A stretch of 64,000 bases of DNA from contig CAWCNJ010000008.1 in the NCBI GenBank assembly GCA_963796955.1, positions 448,001 to 512,000 on the forward strand. Direction: 5' to 3'. Made by a program: the position numbers and the translations under genes. Below the pieces are notes generated by a model. The model did no database searches. It worked only from the letters and a program-made list of their open reading frames with translations, and was not told the DNA's origin. The DNA comes from Endomicrobiales bacterium (GTDB taxonomy: Bacteria; Elusimicrobiota; Endomicrobiia; Endomicrobiales; JALOBY01). Shown in pieces: positions 28,724-40,700 of this stretch. Numbering within the stretch: the first letter of the stretch is position 1; every line of letters starts with the position of its first letter.

Positions 28724-31700
28724 ATGATAAAAAAACTCGTTTCATTCGCGCTGCATCAGCCATTTTTTCTTTTATTGATAACGGCGATATTTATAGCCGC
28801 CGGCGTATTCGCTTTCAAAGCCCTGCCGATCGAGGCCTTCCCGGATGTCACCGACGTGCAGGTAACGGTCATCTCGCTTTTCCCGGGGCATGCGCCGGAA
28901 GAGGTGGAAAAACAGGTGACCATGCCGGTGGAACTGGCCCTGAGCGGCCTGCCCCATTGCGCGAGAATGTTTTCGCACAGCCAGTTCGGTCTCTCGTACG
29001 TCATCCTAACCTTCGACGACAAGGCCAACGACTACTTTGCGCGCCAGCAGGTTTTGGAAAGGCTCTCAGGCATTGACCTGCCGCCCAACGTGCAGCCGCA
29101 GCTGGCGCCGCTCTCGACCGCCATCGGCGAGATCTACCGGTACCGCATCAAGGGGAACGGTCTTTCGCCGACGGACGCGAGAACGATCCAGGACTGGACT
29201 ATCAGCAGATACCTCAAAATGATACCGGGTGTCGCCGATGTTACCAGTTTCGGCGGTATGATAAAACAGTATCAGGTCAGTCTTGATCTGGCGAAAATGA
29301 AGTCCTATAAGGTTACATTGCAGCAAATTATGACCGCCCTCGGCCGGGGCAACTCGAATTCCGGCGGAGGCTATATTGAGCAGGGTGAGCAGCAGTATAT
29401 TATTCGCGGCATCGGCCTGCTGCGCTCAGCTGAAGATATAGGCAACATTGTTTTAACGGAACGGGGCGGCACACCGCTGTTGATAAAAGACATAGCTGAA
29501 ACAACCACCGATTCCGTGCCAAGGCAGGATATCGTCGGCCAGGACAACGAAGACGATGTGGCAACGGGTATCGTGCTTATGCGAAAAGGGGAGAATCCGT
29601 CCGAGGTTTTACAACAGGTGCACGAAAGGGTGGAAACGCTTAACAATTCAATGCTGCCCAAAGGCGTGCGCATAGAACCTTTTTACGACCGGACCGCCCT
29701 GATACATGCGACTTTAAAAACTGTTTTCAAAAACCTTATCGAGGGCGCCTTGCTGGTTGCGCTGGTGTTGTATCTTTTCCTGGGTCACTTTAAATCCGCG
29801 GCGATAGTCGCGGCAATAATACCTCTTTCACTGCTGGCAACATTCCTGGGGCTCGAGCTGCGGGGAATACCGGCCAACCTGCTGTCGCTCGGTGCGATCG
29901 ATTTCGGGATCATCGTGGACGGCGCGGTGATCATAGTAGAGAATGTGTTCAGAAAGCTGTCGACCCACCGAGATAAAAACCTGGAATCCATGAAAGGGGC
30001 CATAAAAGAAGCCGTCATCCAGGTCGGAAGACCGACATTATTTTCAATGCTGATCATTATCATCGCCCATATCCCCATCCTTGCGCTGCAGCGGCAGGAA
30101 GGGAGGATATTTGCACCCATGGCCTATACCATAATATCAGCGCTGATAGGATCGCTCTTTTTCTCTATGACGCTGGTTCCCTTATTCTGTTTCTATTTTT
30201 TGAGGGGGGACTTACCCGAGCACGACAACAAACTTGTTTCATTGTGTAAACGTATCTATAGCCATTTATTATTTAAAACACTGAAGAGGCCTAAAACAGT
30301 GCTGATCTGCGCGATATCACTGGTCGCGGCGAGCCTTTTCATTGTGCCGAAACTGGGGACGGAATTCCTTCCGGAATTGAATGAAGGGACGTTATGGATC
30401 AATATCACTCTGCCGGCCGGCGTATCGCTCAGTGAGACGTCACGGATCTGCCGCTTTATCCGTACGACACTGATGAAATTCCCGGAGGTCAACACCGTCA
30501 TATCAAAAGCCGGCAGGCCTGAAGACGGGACCGATCCGAAGACTTTGAATATGACGGAGACGTATGTCGATTTAAAACCTGAAGGCGAATGGAAACGAAA
30601 GATCACGCGGGGACAGCTGCTGCATGAAATGGATGAACAGTTAAGCGTGCTGCCCGGAGCCGACGTAAGTTTTTCGCAGCCGATACGGGACAACGTGCTT
30701 GAGAGTATTTCGCAGGTTGACGGCCAGGTCATCATCAAACTTTTCTCCAGCGACCCGTTAACGATATATGATACGGCCCGTAATGTGCTTGGCGCTATCT
30801 CGAAAGTACGCGGTGTCGCGAAAGCGTTCATTGACCGGGCGGGGGAGATACCGCAACTACAGATAACCATCGATCGCCAGCGGGCCTCACGCTACGGCCT
30901 GAATGTCGCGGATGTGCAGGATGTTATTGAAACAGCCCTTGGCGGAAAAGAGGCGACTGAGATATGGGAAGGTGAACAAAAATTCGGGGTCATGGTCCGC
31001 CTGCCGGATAAAGCGCGCGAAAATATCGGCAGCATCAGGAACCTGCTGATCGACACCCCTTCAGGTATGCGTATACCGTTGGAAGAGATCGCCGCTGTTT
31101 CCATAAAGAACGGCAGGATGAATATCAGCAGGGAGAACGCGATGAGGGTCGCCGCCATAAGTATTTTTATCGGCGACCGTGATATGGGCAGCACGGTTAA
31201 AGAAATGCAAGAAGTGGTAAAAAGATCGGTATCACTTCCCAAAGGTAACTTCATTGTCTGGCAGGGTGAATTTGAGAATCAGCAAAGGGCGATGAAGCGC
31301 CTCGCGGTCATTGTGCCGATAATCGTGTTCCTGATATTCGTGCTGCTTTTCGATGCTTTCTCATCGGCAAAAAACGCGTTCCTGATATTATTTACCATAC
31401 CGTTCGCGATCGTCGGCGGCATACTTATATTGTACGTTACGAAGATGCCCTTAAGCGTTTCAGCGGTGATCGGCTTTATCGCATTATCGGGGCAGGCCGT
31501 GTTGAACGGCGTGGTCATGCTGACCTATTTTAATGATCTGCGAAAAACAGGAATGAAACAATTCGAAGCGGTCTATAACGGTGCGATCGTGCGGCTGCGT
31601 CCGGTGTTGATGACGACGCTGCTTGCGATGTTCGGTTTTCTGCCAATGGCCTTATCTAAGGGCATAGGTTCAGAAGTACAAAAACCGCTGGCAACGGTAA

Positions 31701-31792
31701 TTATAGGAGGCCTTATTTCGGCGACGGTAATGACCCTGTTCGTGCTTCCGGTATTGTACTTATTTTTCGAAAAGCCCGATGACCCGGCATAA
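28724..31792 (+). CDS. CusA/CzcA-family heavy-metal RND permease
   Basis: LPIEAFPDVT, GAIDFGIIVDGAVIIVEN, RLRPVLMT and GSEVQKPLA. Confidence 0.95.
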   Translation: MIKKLVSFALHQPFFLLLITAIFIAAGVFAFKALPIEAFPDVTDVQVTVISLFPGHAPEEVEKQVTMPVELALSGLPHCARMFSHSQFGLSYVILTFDDKANDYFARQQVLERLSGIDLPPNVQPQLAPLSTAIGEIYRYRIKGNGLSPTDARTIQDWTISRYLKMIPGVADVTSFGGMIKQYQVSLDLAKMKSYKVTLQQIMTALGRGNSNSGGGYIEQGEQQYIIRGIGLLRSAEDIGNIVLTERGGTPLLIKDIAETTTDSVPRQDIVGQDNEDDVATGIVLMRKGENPSEVLQQVHERVETLNNSMLPKGVRIEPFYDRTALIHATLKTVFKNLIEGALLVALVLYLFLGHFKSAAIVAAIIPLSLLATFLGLELRGIPANLLSLGAIDFGIIVDGAVIIVENVFRKLSTHRDKNLESMKGAIKEAVIQVGRPTLFSMLIIIIAHIPILALQRQEGRIFAPMAYTIISALIGSLFFSMTLVPLFCFYFLRGDLPEHDNKLVSLCKRIYSHLLFKTLKRPKTVLICAISLVAASLFIVPKLGTEFLPELNEGTLWINITLPAGVSLSETSRICRFIRTTLMKFPEVNTVISKAGRPEDGTDPKTLNMTETYVDLKPEGEWKRKITRGQLLHEMDEQLSVLPGADVSFSQPIRDNVLESISQVDGQVIIKLFSSDPLTIYDTARNVLGAISKVRGVAKAFIDRAGEIPQLQITIDRQRASRYGLNVADVQDVIETALGGKEATEIWEGEQKFGVMVRLPDKARENIGSIRNLLIDTPSGMRIPLEEIAAVSIKNGRMNISRENAMRVAAISIFIGDRDMGSTVKEMQEVVKRSVSLPKGNFIVWQGEFENQQRAMKRLAVIVPIIVFLIFVLLFDAFSSAKNAFLILFTIPFAIVGGILILYVTKMPLSVSAVIGFIALSGQAVLNGVVMLTYFNDLRKTGMKQFEAVYNGAIVRLRPVLMTTLLAMFGFLPMALSKGIGSEVQKPLATVIIGGLISATVMTLFVLPVLYLFFEKPDDPA

Positions 31793-31850
31793 TTGAAAAA
31801 TGCTGGAACATAAGACTATAAATTTGCTATAATCTAGCTGAGGATTCAAC

Positions 31851-32600
31851 ATGATTCAAGTACAGAACATCTATAAATATTACGGCGATACCAAAGTCCT
31901 GGATGACGTTTCGTTTACGATCGAAAAGGGCAGGATTCTGGGATTCCTCGGGCCGAACGGCGCGGGGAAATCCACGACCATGAAGATACTGAGCTGTTTT
32001 ATGCCGCCAAGCTCCGGTACCGTGATCATCAACGGCATGGACATAGCCGTCGACCCGATCAAAGTAAAAAAATTCATCGGTTACCTGCCGGAAAACCCGC
32101 CCCTGTATTACGACATGAAAGTGGACGAGTATCTGACCTACGTCGCGCAGCTGAAGGGCGTCGATCCGGATATGATCCCTTCGCGCCTTACCTGGGTAAA
32201 AGAAAAATGCGGTCTTATGGACCGTTCAAAAAAACTTATCAGCACGCTTTCCAAGGGTTTCAAACAGCGCGTGGGCATCGCCCAGAGCCTGATAAACGAT
32301 CCAGAAGTGCTTATTCTGGACGAGCCGACCATCGGCCTTGACCCGCGGCAGATCAGCGAGATACGCAATCTGATAAAATCGCTTTCCGGCGAGCGCACGG
32401 TGATCCTCAGCACGCACATACTCTCCGAAGTAACGCTTATCTGCGACGATATCCTGCTGATCAATAAAGGAAAGATCATGTTCGGCGACACGCTTGCCAA
32501 TATCGGGCAAAAGGCAGACCTTGAACAACTGTTCATGAAATACACCTACGATTTTGTGGAGCCCGCCGCCGAACCTTTTGAGGAACCATTGAATGGATAA
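31851..32600 (+). CDS. ABC transporter ATPase (GldA-like) 1
   Basis: GPNGAGKST, LSKGFKQRVG and ILDEPT. Confidence 0.92.
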   Translation: MIQVQNIYKYYGDTKVLDDVSFTIEKGRILGFLGPNGAGKSTTMKILSCFMPPSSGTVIINGMDIAVDPIKVKKFIGYLPENPPLYYDMKVDEYLTYVAQLKGVDPDMIPSRLTWVKEKCGLMDRSKKLISTLSKGFKQRVGIAQSLINDPEVLILDEPTIGLDPRQISEIRNLIKSLSGERTVILSTHILSEVTLICDDILLINKGKIMFGDTLANIGQKADLEQLFMKYTYDFVEPAAEPFEEPLNG

Positions 32601-33372
32601 GATCTGGATAATCGCGAGTAAAGAACTCAGGGGGAATTTTGTATCACCCATAGGCTACATCGTGCTCTCGCTGTTCTCCGTGCTGGCGGGCTGGTTCTTT
32701 TTCAACCACGTCAACAGCTTTAATTCACTGGTCACCTATTACCAGATGTCACGGCAGCCCGACGTGCTCAATCAGATAAACCTTAACCGCTTTGTGATCG
32801 TGCCGCTTTTCCAGGAATTGCTGATGCTGCTGAGCATCTTCCTGCCTGCGATAACGATGCGCCTTATCGCCGAAGAAAAAAAGCAGAAGACCCTGGAACT
32901 CTTATTTACCTCACCTATCCAGACGTATGAGATCATACTCGGCAAGTACCTCTCGGTGCTGATGTTCTTCGCGATCATGCTCGCCCTTACCCTTATCTAT
33001 CCTCTGATACTGATAATTTACGGCAGCCCCGGACCTGAACTGATACCTATTGCCATCGGCTACATCGGGCTGTTCCTGGTGGGCGGCTGCATACTCAGCA
33101 TCGGGGTGTTCGCCTCCTCCATTACCGAGAACCAGATCGTCGCCTTTGTGCTCTCCATCTCTATCGCCATGCTGTTCTATATCATCAGCCTGCCGGCCGC
33201 TAACGTCGGCGGGGTGTTCGGCGACATCATGAGCTTCTTAAGCCTGAAGGACCAGTTCAACGGCATGGCCAACGCCTTTATCGATTCGCGCGCCCTGCTG
33301 TATTATATTTCATTTATATTCGTATGGCTGTTCCTGTCGCACCGGGTCATTGAGGGGTTGAGGGTTCGATGA
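32593..33372 (+). CDS. ABC-2 permease (GldF-like) 1
   Basis: PAITMRLIAEEKKQKTLELL, ILGKY and SSITENQIVA. Confidence 0.9.
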   Translation: MDKIWIIASKELRGNFVSPIGYIVLSLFSVLAGWFFFNHVNSFNSLVTYYQMSRQPDVLNQINLNRFVIVPLFQELLMLLSIFLPAITMRLIAEEKKQKTLELLFTSPIQTYEIILGKYLSVLMFFAIMLALTLIYPLILIIYGSPGPELIPIAIGYIGLFLVGGCILSIGVFASSITENQIVAFVLSISIAMLFYIISLPAANVGGVFGDIMSFLSLKDQFNGMANAFIDSRALLYYISFIFVWLFLSHRVIEGLRVR

Positions 33373-34943
33373 ATAATAAAAAATACTACTATATTGCCGG
33401 CATCAGCGGCGCGATCTGCCTGTTGTTCTCCATCAGCTATTTCCTGATCAAACGGGAGATATCGCCGTATGTGCTTATCAACCTTGTCGCCGGCATCGGC
33501 CTGATATCCTACTTCCTGTATTACAATATCAAAGATGTTGAAAAGCTCTTCGTCAATCCTTTGAAAAAGGAGAAACACACGGTCGTCTATCAAACCGCGC
33601 TGGTCCTGCTGGTCGTGATAGTGGTGAACCTGCTTTCAAGCCTGTTCTATTTCGGGAAAGATCTTACGCGCGACCGGGCATCCAGCATATCCGATGAATC
33701 GCAGAAGGTGATACAGTACATCAAAGAGCCGCTTGTGATACAGGTCTTTTCGACGCAAGACAAGAATGAGTTCGAAAAGTACCTGTTGGAAAGCTATAAT
33801 TTCTACAATAAAAATATCACCTTTAAATTCGTCGACCCCGAAAAGAACCCCCAGCTGGCACAGGACTTCGGTATTACCAAGAACGGCCAGGCGGCTATAA
33901 CCTACAAAGACGGCCATTTCGTCATAGGTTCCGTTACCGAACAGGACATCACGAACGGCATAATCCGCATGACCCAGCCGGTCAAGAACAAGGTCTATTT
34001 CATGACCAGCCACGGCGAACACCCTCTAGACGATCTAACGTCGAACCAGGGCTATGGGCTGGTGGCGCGTGAGATGATAATGGAAAATTATGCCGTCTCC
34101 ATGCTGAAGCTTGAGCCGCCAAACTATTATATTCCAGGCAATTGCACGATACTGGTGGTAGGCGGGCCGCGCAAAGCGTATACCGAGATGGAGATACATG
34201 CGATCAAGGAATATTTAGATGCCGGCGGCCGGGCCGTTTTCATGCTGGACCCGAATGTTACGACCGGGCTTGAAAGCCTTTTGCTGGAACGCAATATAAA
34301 ACTGGAAAACAACGTTATGATCGACGTTGCTTTCCCGTCCCTGGTAGAGCGCATGATCGCGCAGGCCAACGGCCGCAGAGCTGCCCCTAAACTGCTCTTG
34401 CAGACCATGGTAAAAGATTTTCCTGAAAATGAAATTACCAAAGTGCTCAAGGACAAATCGCTGATTTTCCCGGTCACGCGCAGTATCTCCCTGGCGGACG
34501 AAAGAAAATTCGCGTTCGACCTTAAGGTGCAGCCGCTCGCCAGGACCACCGACAAGGGCTGGGGGGAAACCAATCTTGACGCGGTGTTCGGTCACGGAGC
34601 AATCCGGGGAATGATAAAAGAGCGCCAGGGTCCCAGAACGGTTGCCATGCTGGCAGTAAAAGGTCCGGCGGAATCCAGCAACAAACTGGTGGTTATCGGC
34701 GACTCCGATTTTGTCAACAACGAATTCGTTCATCAGCTGTATAACCGTGATTTTTTCATGAACTGCCTGAGCTATCTCAGCAACCAGGCTAATATGATAT
34801 CGGTACGCCCCCGGCATATGTTCGCCTCAAGGCTTGATTATGACCCTAACACCATGAGCCGAATATTTACTATTTCAGTCCTGGTATTCCCTCAATTGCT
34901 TCTCATGGCGGGCCTTTCTATCTGGTGGCTTAGGAAACAATAG
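33369..34943 (+). CDS. GldG-family ABC auxiliary protein 1
   Basis: DLT..RAS, FVDP, HGEH, YLDAGG and VIGDSDF; N- and C-terminal TM helices. Confidence 0.85.
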   Translation: MNNKKYYYIAGISGAICLLFSISYFLIKREISPYVLINLVAGIGLISYFLYYNIKDVEKLFVNPLKKEKHTVVYQTALVLLVVIVVNLLSSLFYFGKDLTRDRASSISDESQKVIQYIKEPLVIQVFSTQDKNEFEKYLLESYNFYNKNITFKFVDPEKNPQLAQDFGITKNGQAAITYKDGHFVIGSVTEQDITNGIIRMTQPVKNKVYFMTSHGEHPLDDLTSNQGYGLVAREMIMENYAVSMLKLEPPNYYIPGNCTILVVGGPRKAYTEMEIHAIKEYLDAGGRAVFMLDPNVTTGLESLLLERNIKLENNVMIDVAFPSLVERMIAQANGRRAAPKLLLQTMVKDFPENEITKVLKDKSLIFPVTRSISLADERKFAFDLKVQPLARTTDKGWGETNLDAVFGHGAIRGMIKERQGPRTVAMLAVKGPAESSNKLVVIGDSDFVNNEFVHQLYNRDFFMNCLSYLSNQANMISVRPRHMFASRLDYDPNTMSRIFTISVLVFPQLLLMAGLSIWWLRKQ

Positions 34944-34956
34944 GGATAACGCCTCC

Positions 34957-36249
34957 ATGAGCAAAAACACGCGCCTCTTCCTTTACCTGCTGCTGATACT
35001 TCTTCCGATCTATATCGTTTCCTATCTGGTGATCTCAAGCCGTCGTGACTTGGCTGGCAAACTCCTGAAGATAAAAAGCGCGAACATAACCGCCATAGAA
35101 GTCACGAACGCTGCCGGCAGGTCATCTCTTAAAAAGCAGGGTACAGGCTTCGTTTTCACGGAACCCTTCAGCGGGATAGCCGCCGACGATGACAGCACAA
35201 AGAAATTCTTCAACCTATTCTCAAAGCTGACGGTTAAACGAGACCTCGGCGTCTATGATGAAAACGGCGCCCGGACTTTCGGGATAACCGCTTCGTCGCC
35301 GAAGGTACAGATCAGCGAGGGCGATAAGAAAACCGTATTCATTCTCGGCCGCCGCAGCACTGTGGAGCCGCAAAGTTACATCTATAACCCGGAAACAAAA
35401 AAACTGCTGTTGACTGAAAACATCGCCGAGGTGCTCGGTAATGTAAAACCCGAGGATTTCCGCGAACGCCGGCTGTTCAACTTCGAAGCACCGGACATAA
35501 AGTCCGTCGATGTCCAGCTTAACGGCGGCCGCCGGATGCTCTTTAACAAAGAAGGCGCTGACTGGTACGTGAGCGATATGAGAACGGGACGCAGGTATCT
35601 TTGCGACGGCGATAGCGCCGCGTATTTTGCCGCTCTGGTGGCAAAGACCTCCATCATAGATTTCACGCCGCTCGATCACCCCGTTGCAAAGAACACGGCC
35701 GGCCTTAATTCACCGCGCGCGACCCTTGCGATCACCACAAGCTCTGCGCCGGTGCACCGGCTGGAGATAGGCAACACCTACGACAAAGACCGGCTCTACA
35801 CTGCACTCGATGGCGCGCCTTCGGGCGGCATACCCTCCCAATTCCTTCTGCAATTATCTACGCCAACGGCATCCTACTTCAGGACCACTCTGGCTGATTT
35901 TATGCCGGGCCGCATAGCACGGTTCACCAGCGCCGGGGGCGATGTGCCGGTCATCTATGAAAAGAACCGCGGCAGGTGGTACCGCACGGCGAAGAAAAAG
36001 CGCCCCTTCGAAGATGAAAAAATAGAACTTTTCATGAATGTTCTTTTCAATCTGAAAATAGGTACTTTCATTTTCGACGAGCCGCTCGGCACTGTTGAAA
36101 AAGAATATACTTTTTATGACCGCGACGGTAAAACACTGATGAACCTGCAGATCGGCGGCAAGTCCGGAGAATATAGAAAAGTTCAATTCAAGGATAAACA
36201 CGGTGTTTTCGGCATCGACCGTGCGCAAATAGAAGCATTGGATCTGTAA
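34957..36249 (+). CDS. DUF4340-like periplasmic protein
   Basis: N-terminal TM helix and repeated domains (FRERRLF, GLNSP); usual position after GldG. Confidence 0.7.
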   Translation: MSKNTRLFLYLLLILLPIYIVSYLVISSRRDLAGKLLKIKSANITAIEVTNAAGRSSLKKQGTGFVFTEPFSGIAADDDSTKKFFNLFSKLTVKRDLGVYDENGARTFGITASSPKVQISEGDKKTVFILGRRSTVEPQSYIYNPETKKLLLTENIAEVLGNVKPEDFRERRLFNFEAPDIKSVDVQLNGGRRMLFNKEGADWYVSDMRTGRRYLCDGDSAAYFAALVAKTSIIDFTPLDHPVAKNTAGLNSPRATLAITTSSAPVHRLEIGNTYDKDRLYTALDGAPSGGIPSQFLLQLSTPTASYFRTTLADFMPGRIARFTSAGGDVPVIYEKNRGRWYRTAKKKRPFEDEKIELFMNVLFNLKIGTFIFDEPLGTVEKEYTFYDRDGKTLMNLQIGGKSGEYRKVQFKDKHGVFGIDRAQIEALDL

Positions 36250-36267
36250 CTCGGAGGATAATTAATT

Positions 36268-37005
36268 ATGCTTAAGGTAGACAGGGTTACTAGAAAATAC
36301 GGGAATTTTACGGCGGTGGACCGGGCGAGCTTCGAACTGAACACCGGGGAGATCGTCGGCTTTCTGGGGCCCAACGGTTCGGGAAAAACAACTCTTTTAC
36401 GCGTTATCACCACATACCTGCTGCCGACCGACGGCACGGTCACTATCGACGGCATCGACGTTACCAAAGATTCCCTTGAAGTGCGCCGCCGCATCGGCTA
36501 CCTGCCGGAAAGCAATATCCTTTACCCGCAAATGAGGGTGGACGAATACCTGCATTTTGTCGGCAAAGTCCGCGGTCTGGAAGATGCGAAACTTAAAGAA
36601 CGTTTTGAGTGGTGCGTTGAAGCAATGAAACTCCAGGAAGTGGTTTACAAAAAGAACATGGAATGCTCCAAAGGCTATAAGCAACGCATCTCCCTTGCGG
36701 CGGCACTTATTCACGATCCGCAATACCTTATACTGGACGAACCGACCGTGGGCCTTGACCCGCTGCAGATATTCATGATGCGCGACCTGCTGCGCGGGAT
36801 AGCCAAAGATAAGACGATCCTGTTCAGCTCGCATATCCTGCAGGAGGTTGCGGCTATCGCCCCGCGGGTAATAATAATCCACGACAGCAAACTCATAGCG
36901 GATTTTTCCTTCGACAGCGAGACCAACCGCACTGAAAAGCTGGAACAGATATTCGAGTCAGCTATTAAAGAGAAAGCCGTGTCAGCCCCGGAGGTTGTCC
37001 AATGA
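36268..37005 (+). CDS. ABC transporter ATPase (GldA-like) 2
   Basis: GPNGSGKTT, CSKGYKQR and ILDEPT. Confidence 0.92.
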   Translation: MLKVDRVTRKYGNFTAVDRASFELNTGEIVGFLGPNGSGKTTLLRVITTYLLPTDGTVTIDGIDVTKDSLEVRRRIGYLPESNILYPQMRVDEYLHFVGKVRGLEDAKLKERFEWCVEAMKLQEVVYKKNMECSKGYKQRISLAAALIHDPQYLILDEPTVGLDPLQIFMMRDLLRGIAKDKTILFSSHILQEVAAIAPRVIIIHDSKLIADFSFDSETNRTEKLEQIFESAIKEKAVSAPEVVQ

Positions 37006-37733
37006 AAACAGGCTACGTTATATTCCAGCGGGAATTGCAGGCATACTTTAACTCATCTATCGCCTATATTTTCGCGATCGTCTTTTTGCTGCTTACCTGC
37101 GGGATATTCATGAACGATTTTTTCCTGGTATCGGTCGCCGATATGGAAGCCTATTTCGCGCCGTTGCCGTACCTTATGATCCTGTTCATCCCTGCCATCG
37201 CGATGCGCCTGTGGGCGGAAGAGCGCAAGGATAACACCTACGAACTGCTGGCCACTCTGCCGATAAAACGCATCGAGCTTATTCTCGGAAAATATTTCGC
37301 GTCCTTCGTATTCTTTCTTATCACTATCGCCGGCACGCTGCCCATGGTCGTTATGCTCTACGTGCTTGGCTCACCCGACGGCGGAAAAATATTCGCGAGC
37401 TATCTGGGAGTTATATCTTTAGGCGCCCTGTATCTGGCAATAAGCTGTTTTCTCTCCAGCATATCCCGCGACCAGATAGTGGCATATCTAATAAGTGTTC
37501 TGGCGCTGAGCCTGTATTACGTCAGCGGCAATGAAATGGTCGCGAGCGTACTGGACGGCCTTTGGCCTTCTGCCCAGATCGGCAGCTTCCTGAGAGATTC
37601 ATTTTCAGCCGTCCCGCACTACGAATCTTTTACCAGAGGGATAGTGGATTTCCAAAGTTTGTTCTACTTTATTTCCATAATAGTTCTGGCTCTTGCCATG
37701 AATAACCTTATATTGAAACGGGACAGATACTAA
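37002..37733 (+). CDS. ABC-2 permease (GldF-like) 2
   Basis: PAIAMRLWAEERKDNTYELL and ILGKY. Confidence 0.9.
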   Translation: MKTGYVIFQRELQAYFNSSIAYIFAIVFLLLTCGIFMNDFFLVSVADMEAYFAPLPYLMILFIPAIAMRLWAEERKDNTYELLATLPIKRIELILGKYFASFVFFLITIAGTLPMVVMLYVLGSPDGGKIFASYLGVISLGALYLAISCFLSSISRDQIVAYLISVLALSLYYVSGNEMVASVLDGLWPSAQIGSFLRDSFSAVPHYESFTRGIVDFQSLFYFISIIVLALAMNNLILKRDRY

Positions 37734-40700
37734 GTGAAAAGCAGATCATACTACAATTTCATCATTGCCGGTTTAGTGCTGCTCTCTTTGTGCGTAGGGC
37801 TGCTGTTGAACTTTGCCATAAGAAAAAGGGAAACCCTGCGCATTGACCTCGGCAAAGGTTCTATAACGTCGTTAAGCCCTAAGACCAGACAGGTGCTTGC
37901 TAAGCTGCCTGAACCCGTAAAGGTGACCTATTACGTGACAGAGCGCAGGCGTATGCCGACTGCGATGCGCAATGTGGGCGCCGATGTACAAGCCCTGCTG
38001 CGCGAGCTGAAAAGAGCCGGAGGGAAAAACTTCACCTACGAAGTGGTTTATCCCAGAAGATAACCCGCAGGTCGCCCGCACGCTGGGGCGCTTTCATATC
38101 TCATCGTTCCAATTCAAAACTATTTTAAAAGACGAATACAGCGTCAACACCGTCTGGTCCGGCATTCTTATAGAATATAAAGGCCAATCAAGAAGCATCC
38201 CCTATATCACCGGGGAACATCTGCATTTTGTCGAAGACAGCATTATTACGCACATCCACCAGATAGAGACCGGCTACAAACCCTTTATGGCCGTTTACGG
38301 CGACCCGAGCGCCAGCTATAACGATGTCTACAAAACCATAACCGGCTTTAACTTCGGCGAAGTAAAACCGTTTAACTTTGGCAAAGGTGGTGGTCTCCCG
38401 CAGGATGCGGACATGGCCTTCATCTTCCAGCCTGATAACCTTTCAAAAGAAGATGTGGAATCCATCAAAACATTTATACGGGACGGTAAAGACGTTATAA
38501 TCACGTTCTCACCATTCCTGATGAACCCTGCACCGGGTCGGTATCATTACGAAGTAAAGCCGCGGTCCGCAGGCGTGCTGGAAGACTACCTTAACGACAT
38601 CGGCATACGATTCGACGATAAAATAGTGATAGAACAAAAAGAATTCAAGAACAAACCGTTCATGCCCACCATCCTCAGCTTCCAGGTAAATTTCGAGGGG
38701 ATGAAGTTGCAGCGGGGCGGCACGCTTTTTTACCCGTACACGGTGCCGATTATTTCCGATAAACTTAAACTGAGAAAGAACGGCTACGCCAGCGAAGCCC
38801 TTATTTACAGTTCCAAGGACTCCTGGGCAGTGCCGTTCTCTCCGGACAAAGACACGTTTTTTGATGACGCTGCATTCAACACTAAACCTTCTAACAGTTC
38901 CGATGTGCAAACATTAGCCGCGGTGATAACCAGCGACAAAGCCTGGGAGGGAAGGCTGTTCCTTTACAGCAGCGGTTACTTTTTCAGCGACCAGGTCAGC
39001 GCACTGGGAGCCAACCAGCTCTACCTGAAGAACCTGCTGTTGACCTACGCCCAGCCGGAGGTAATGAACTCCATCCACGCAAGCTCTGAAAAACTGCCGA
39101 CCATCGCACCCCAGCCGGCCGCAGTCCGCCTTCTGTGGCGTATGCTGGCGATGTTCCTTATTCCGCTCGTATGGCTGGCGCTGCTGCTGTTAAAAATGGC
39201 CCAACATCAATTTGGCGGCAGCTCACTGAAAAATGCCGATCTGCGTTTGTCCGGCCAGATAGCCGCATGGGTGTTGGCGCTTATGATGGTGCTTGCCCTC
39301 TCCCGCCACGCCGGCAACGCCACGGTGGACCTTACCCGCGGCCGCACCAACAGCCTGAGCTCCCTGACCATCAGCTGGCTGGCGGAACACGTTACAGAGC
39401 CCGTGACAGTCCGCTACTTTACATCACCCGCCGCCGACATGCCGCTTGAAGTGCGCGCGATGGTTGGCGAAGTGGAAGCCAAGCTCCAGGCTATCGCCCG
39501 AAGCTCCGGCGGAAAATTCACCGTCGCCGAAGAGACCGTCAGCGATGACAGCGGCGCGGCGCAAAAAGAACGGCTGAAAAAATACGGTATTAAGCCCTTT
39601 AAGATGAAAGTTATCTCCAACGACCGCTATATAGAAAAAATGGTATATTCAGGGCTGGTATTCGAAAAGGCAGACGGCAAATTTGAAGCTGAACCGGTGC
39701 TTACCAAGAACAACGTATCACGCCTTGAATTTGTGGTGGTCTCCTCCCTGAAAAGGCTGATAGAGCAGAAACGCCCAAGTATCGCCTTTGTGGGAGACCT
39801 GCCGCATTATTCGGCCGGCGAGTTCTGGGAGCTGCAGCAGATAGAGATGCAGACCCAGCCAAAATCCGAGGATGTTTACGGCCGCTGCATAGACCTTCTG
39901 CGCAACGAAGGCTACACCGTCAACGTCTACGATTCAAAATCCAACAACCTGACTTTTAATGAAGATATGCTTATTTATCTTCAGCCATGGGTGATATCTG
40001 ATGTGATGAAAAAAGAGTTCAACCGTTTCCTGGGCGAGGGAAAAAGTGTCATCCTTGCCTGCCAGCATTATTTCATGCAGGCCCGCAAATACGCCGGCCG
40101 CGGATATTCGATGGTCTATTGGCCGCAGCCGCAATTCTCGCGTGTCAACGAACTGCTTTCACCCTACGGCATAGAACTGGTTCTTGAGGTATTTTTCGAC
40201 CACAGCACCGCCCCCATTGAAACCAATGAACAGATCCGTTTCGGCACCTATAAGCGCAAAGATAAACGGGCCCCCGACGCCCAGCCCTTCATCATCCGCG
40301 CAGTACCGGCGAACTACGACCATCAATCATCTATCACCTCCAGTCTTTCCGACATTCTTTTTATCTGGGGCAGCCGCCTGAAGATGCTGAAAGACACCTT
40401 CCCCGCAACGCTCCAGTGGCGCACCCTTATCGCTTCCACGGAAGACTGCTGGGCGCTGGATTGGCACGGCGGCTTTTTATCCGAACAGATATTGCAGGGG
40501 GGAGAATATTTCGACAAACGCCAGCCGCTATGCGTAATGATAGAGGGCATGTTCCCGGCGCTGTATAAGAACGCGCCCCCAACCGCCCCCGGAAAGCTTC
40601 TTATCGCCGGCTCATCAAAAATATTCGACAACAACCAGATAGACACCACGAGATACGACAACGAACGCTTCATTCTGAACTCAGTCGCCGAACTAACCTA

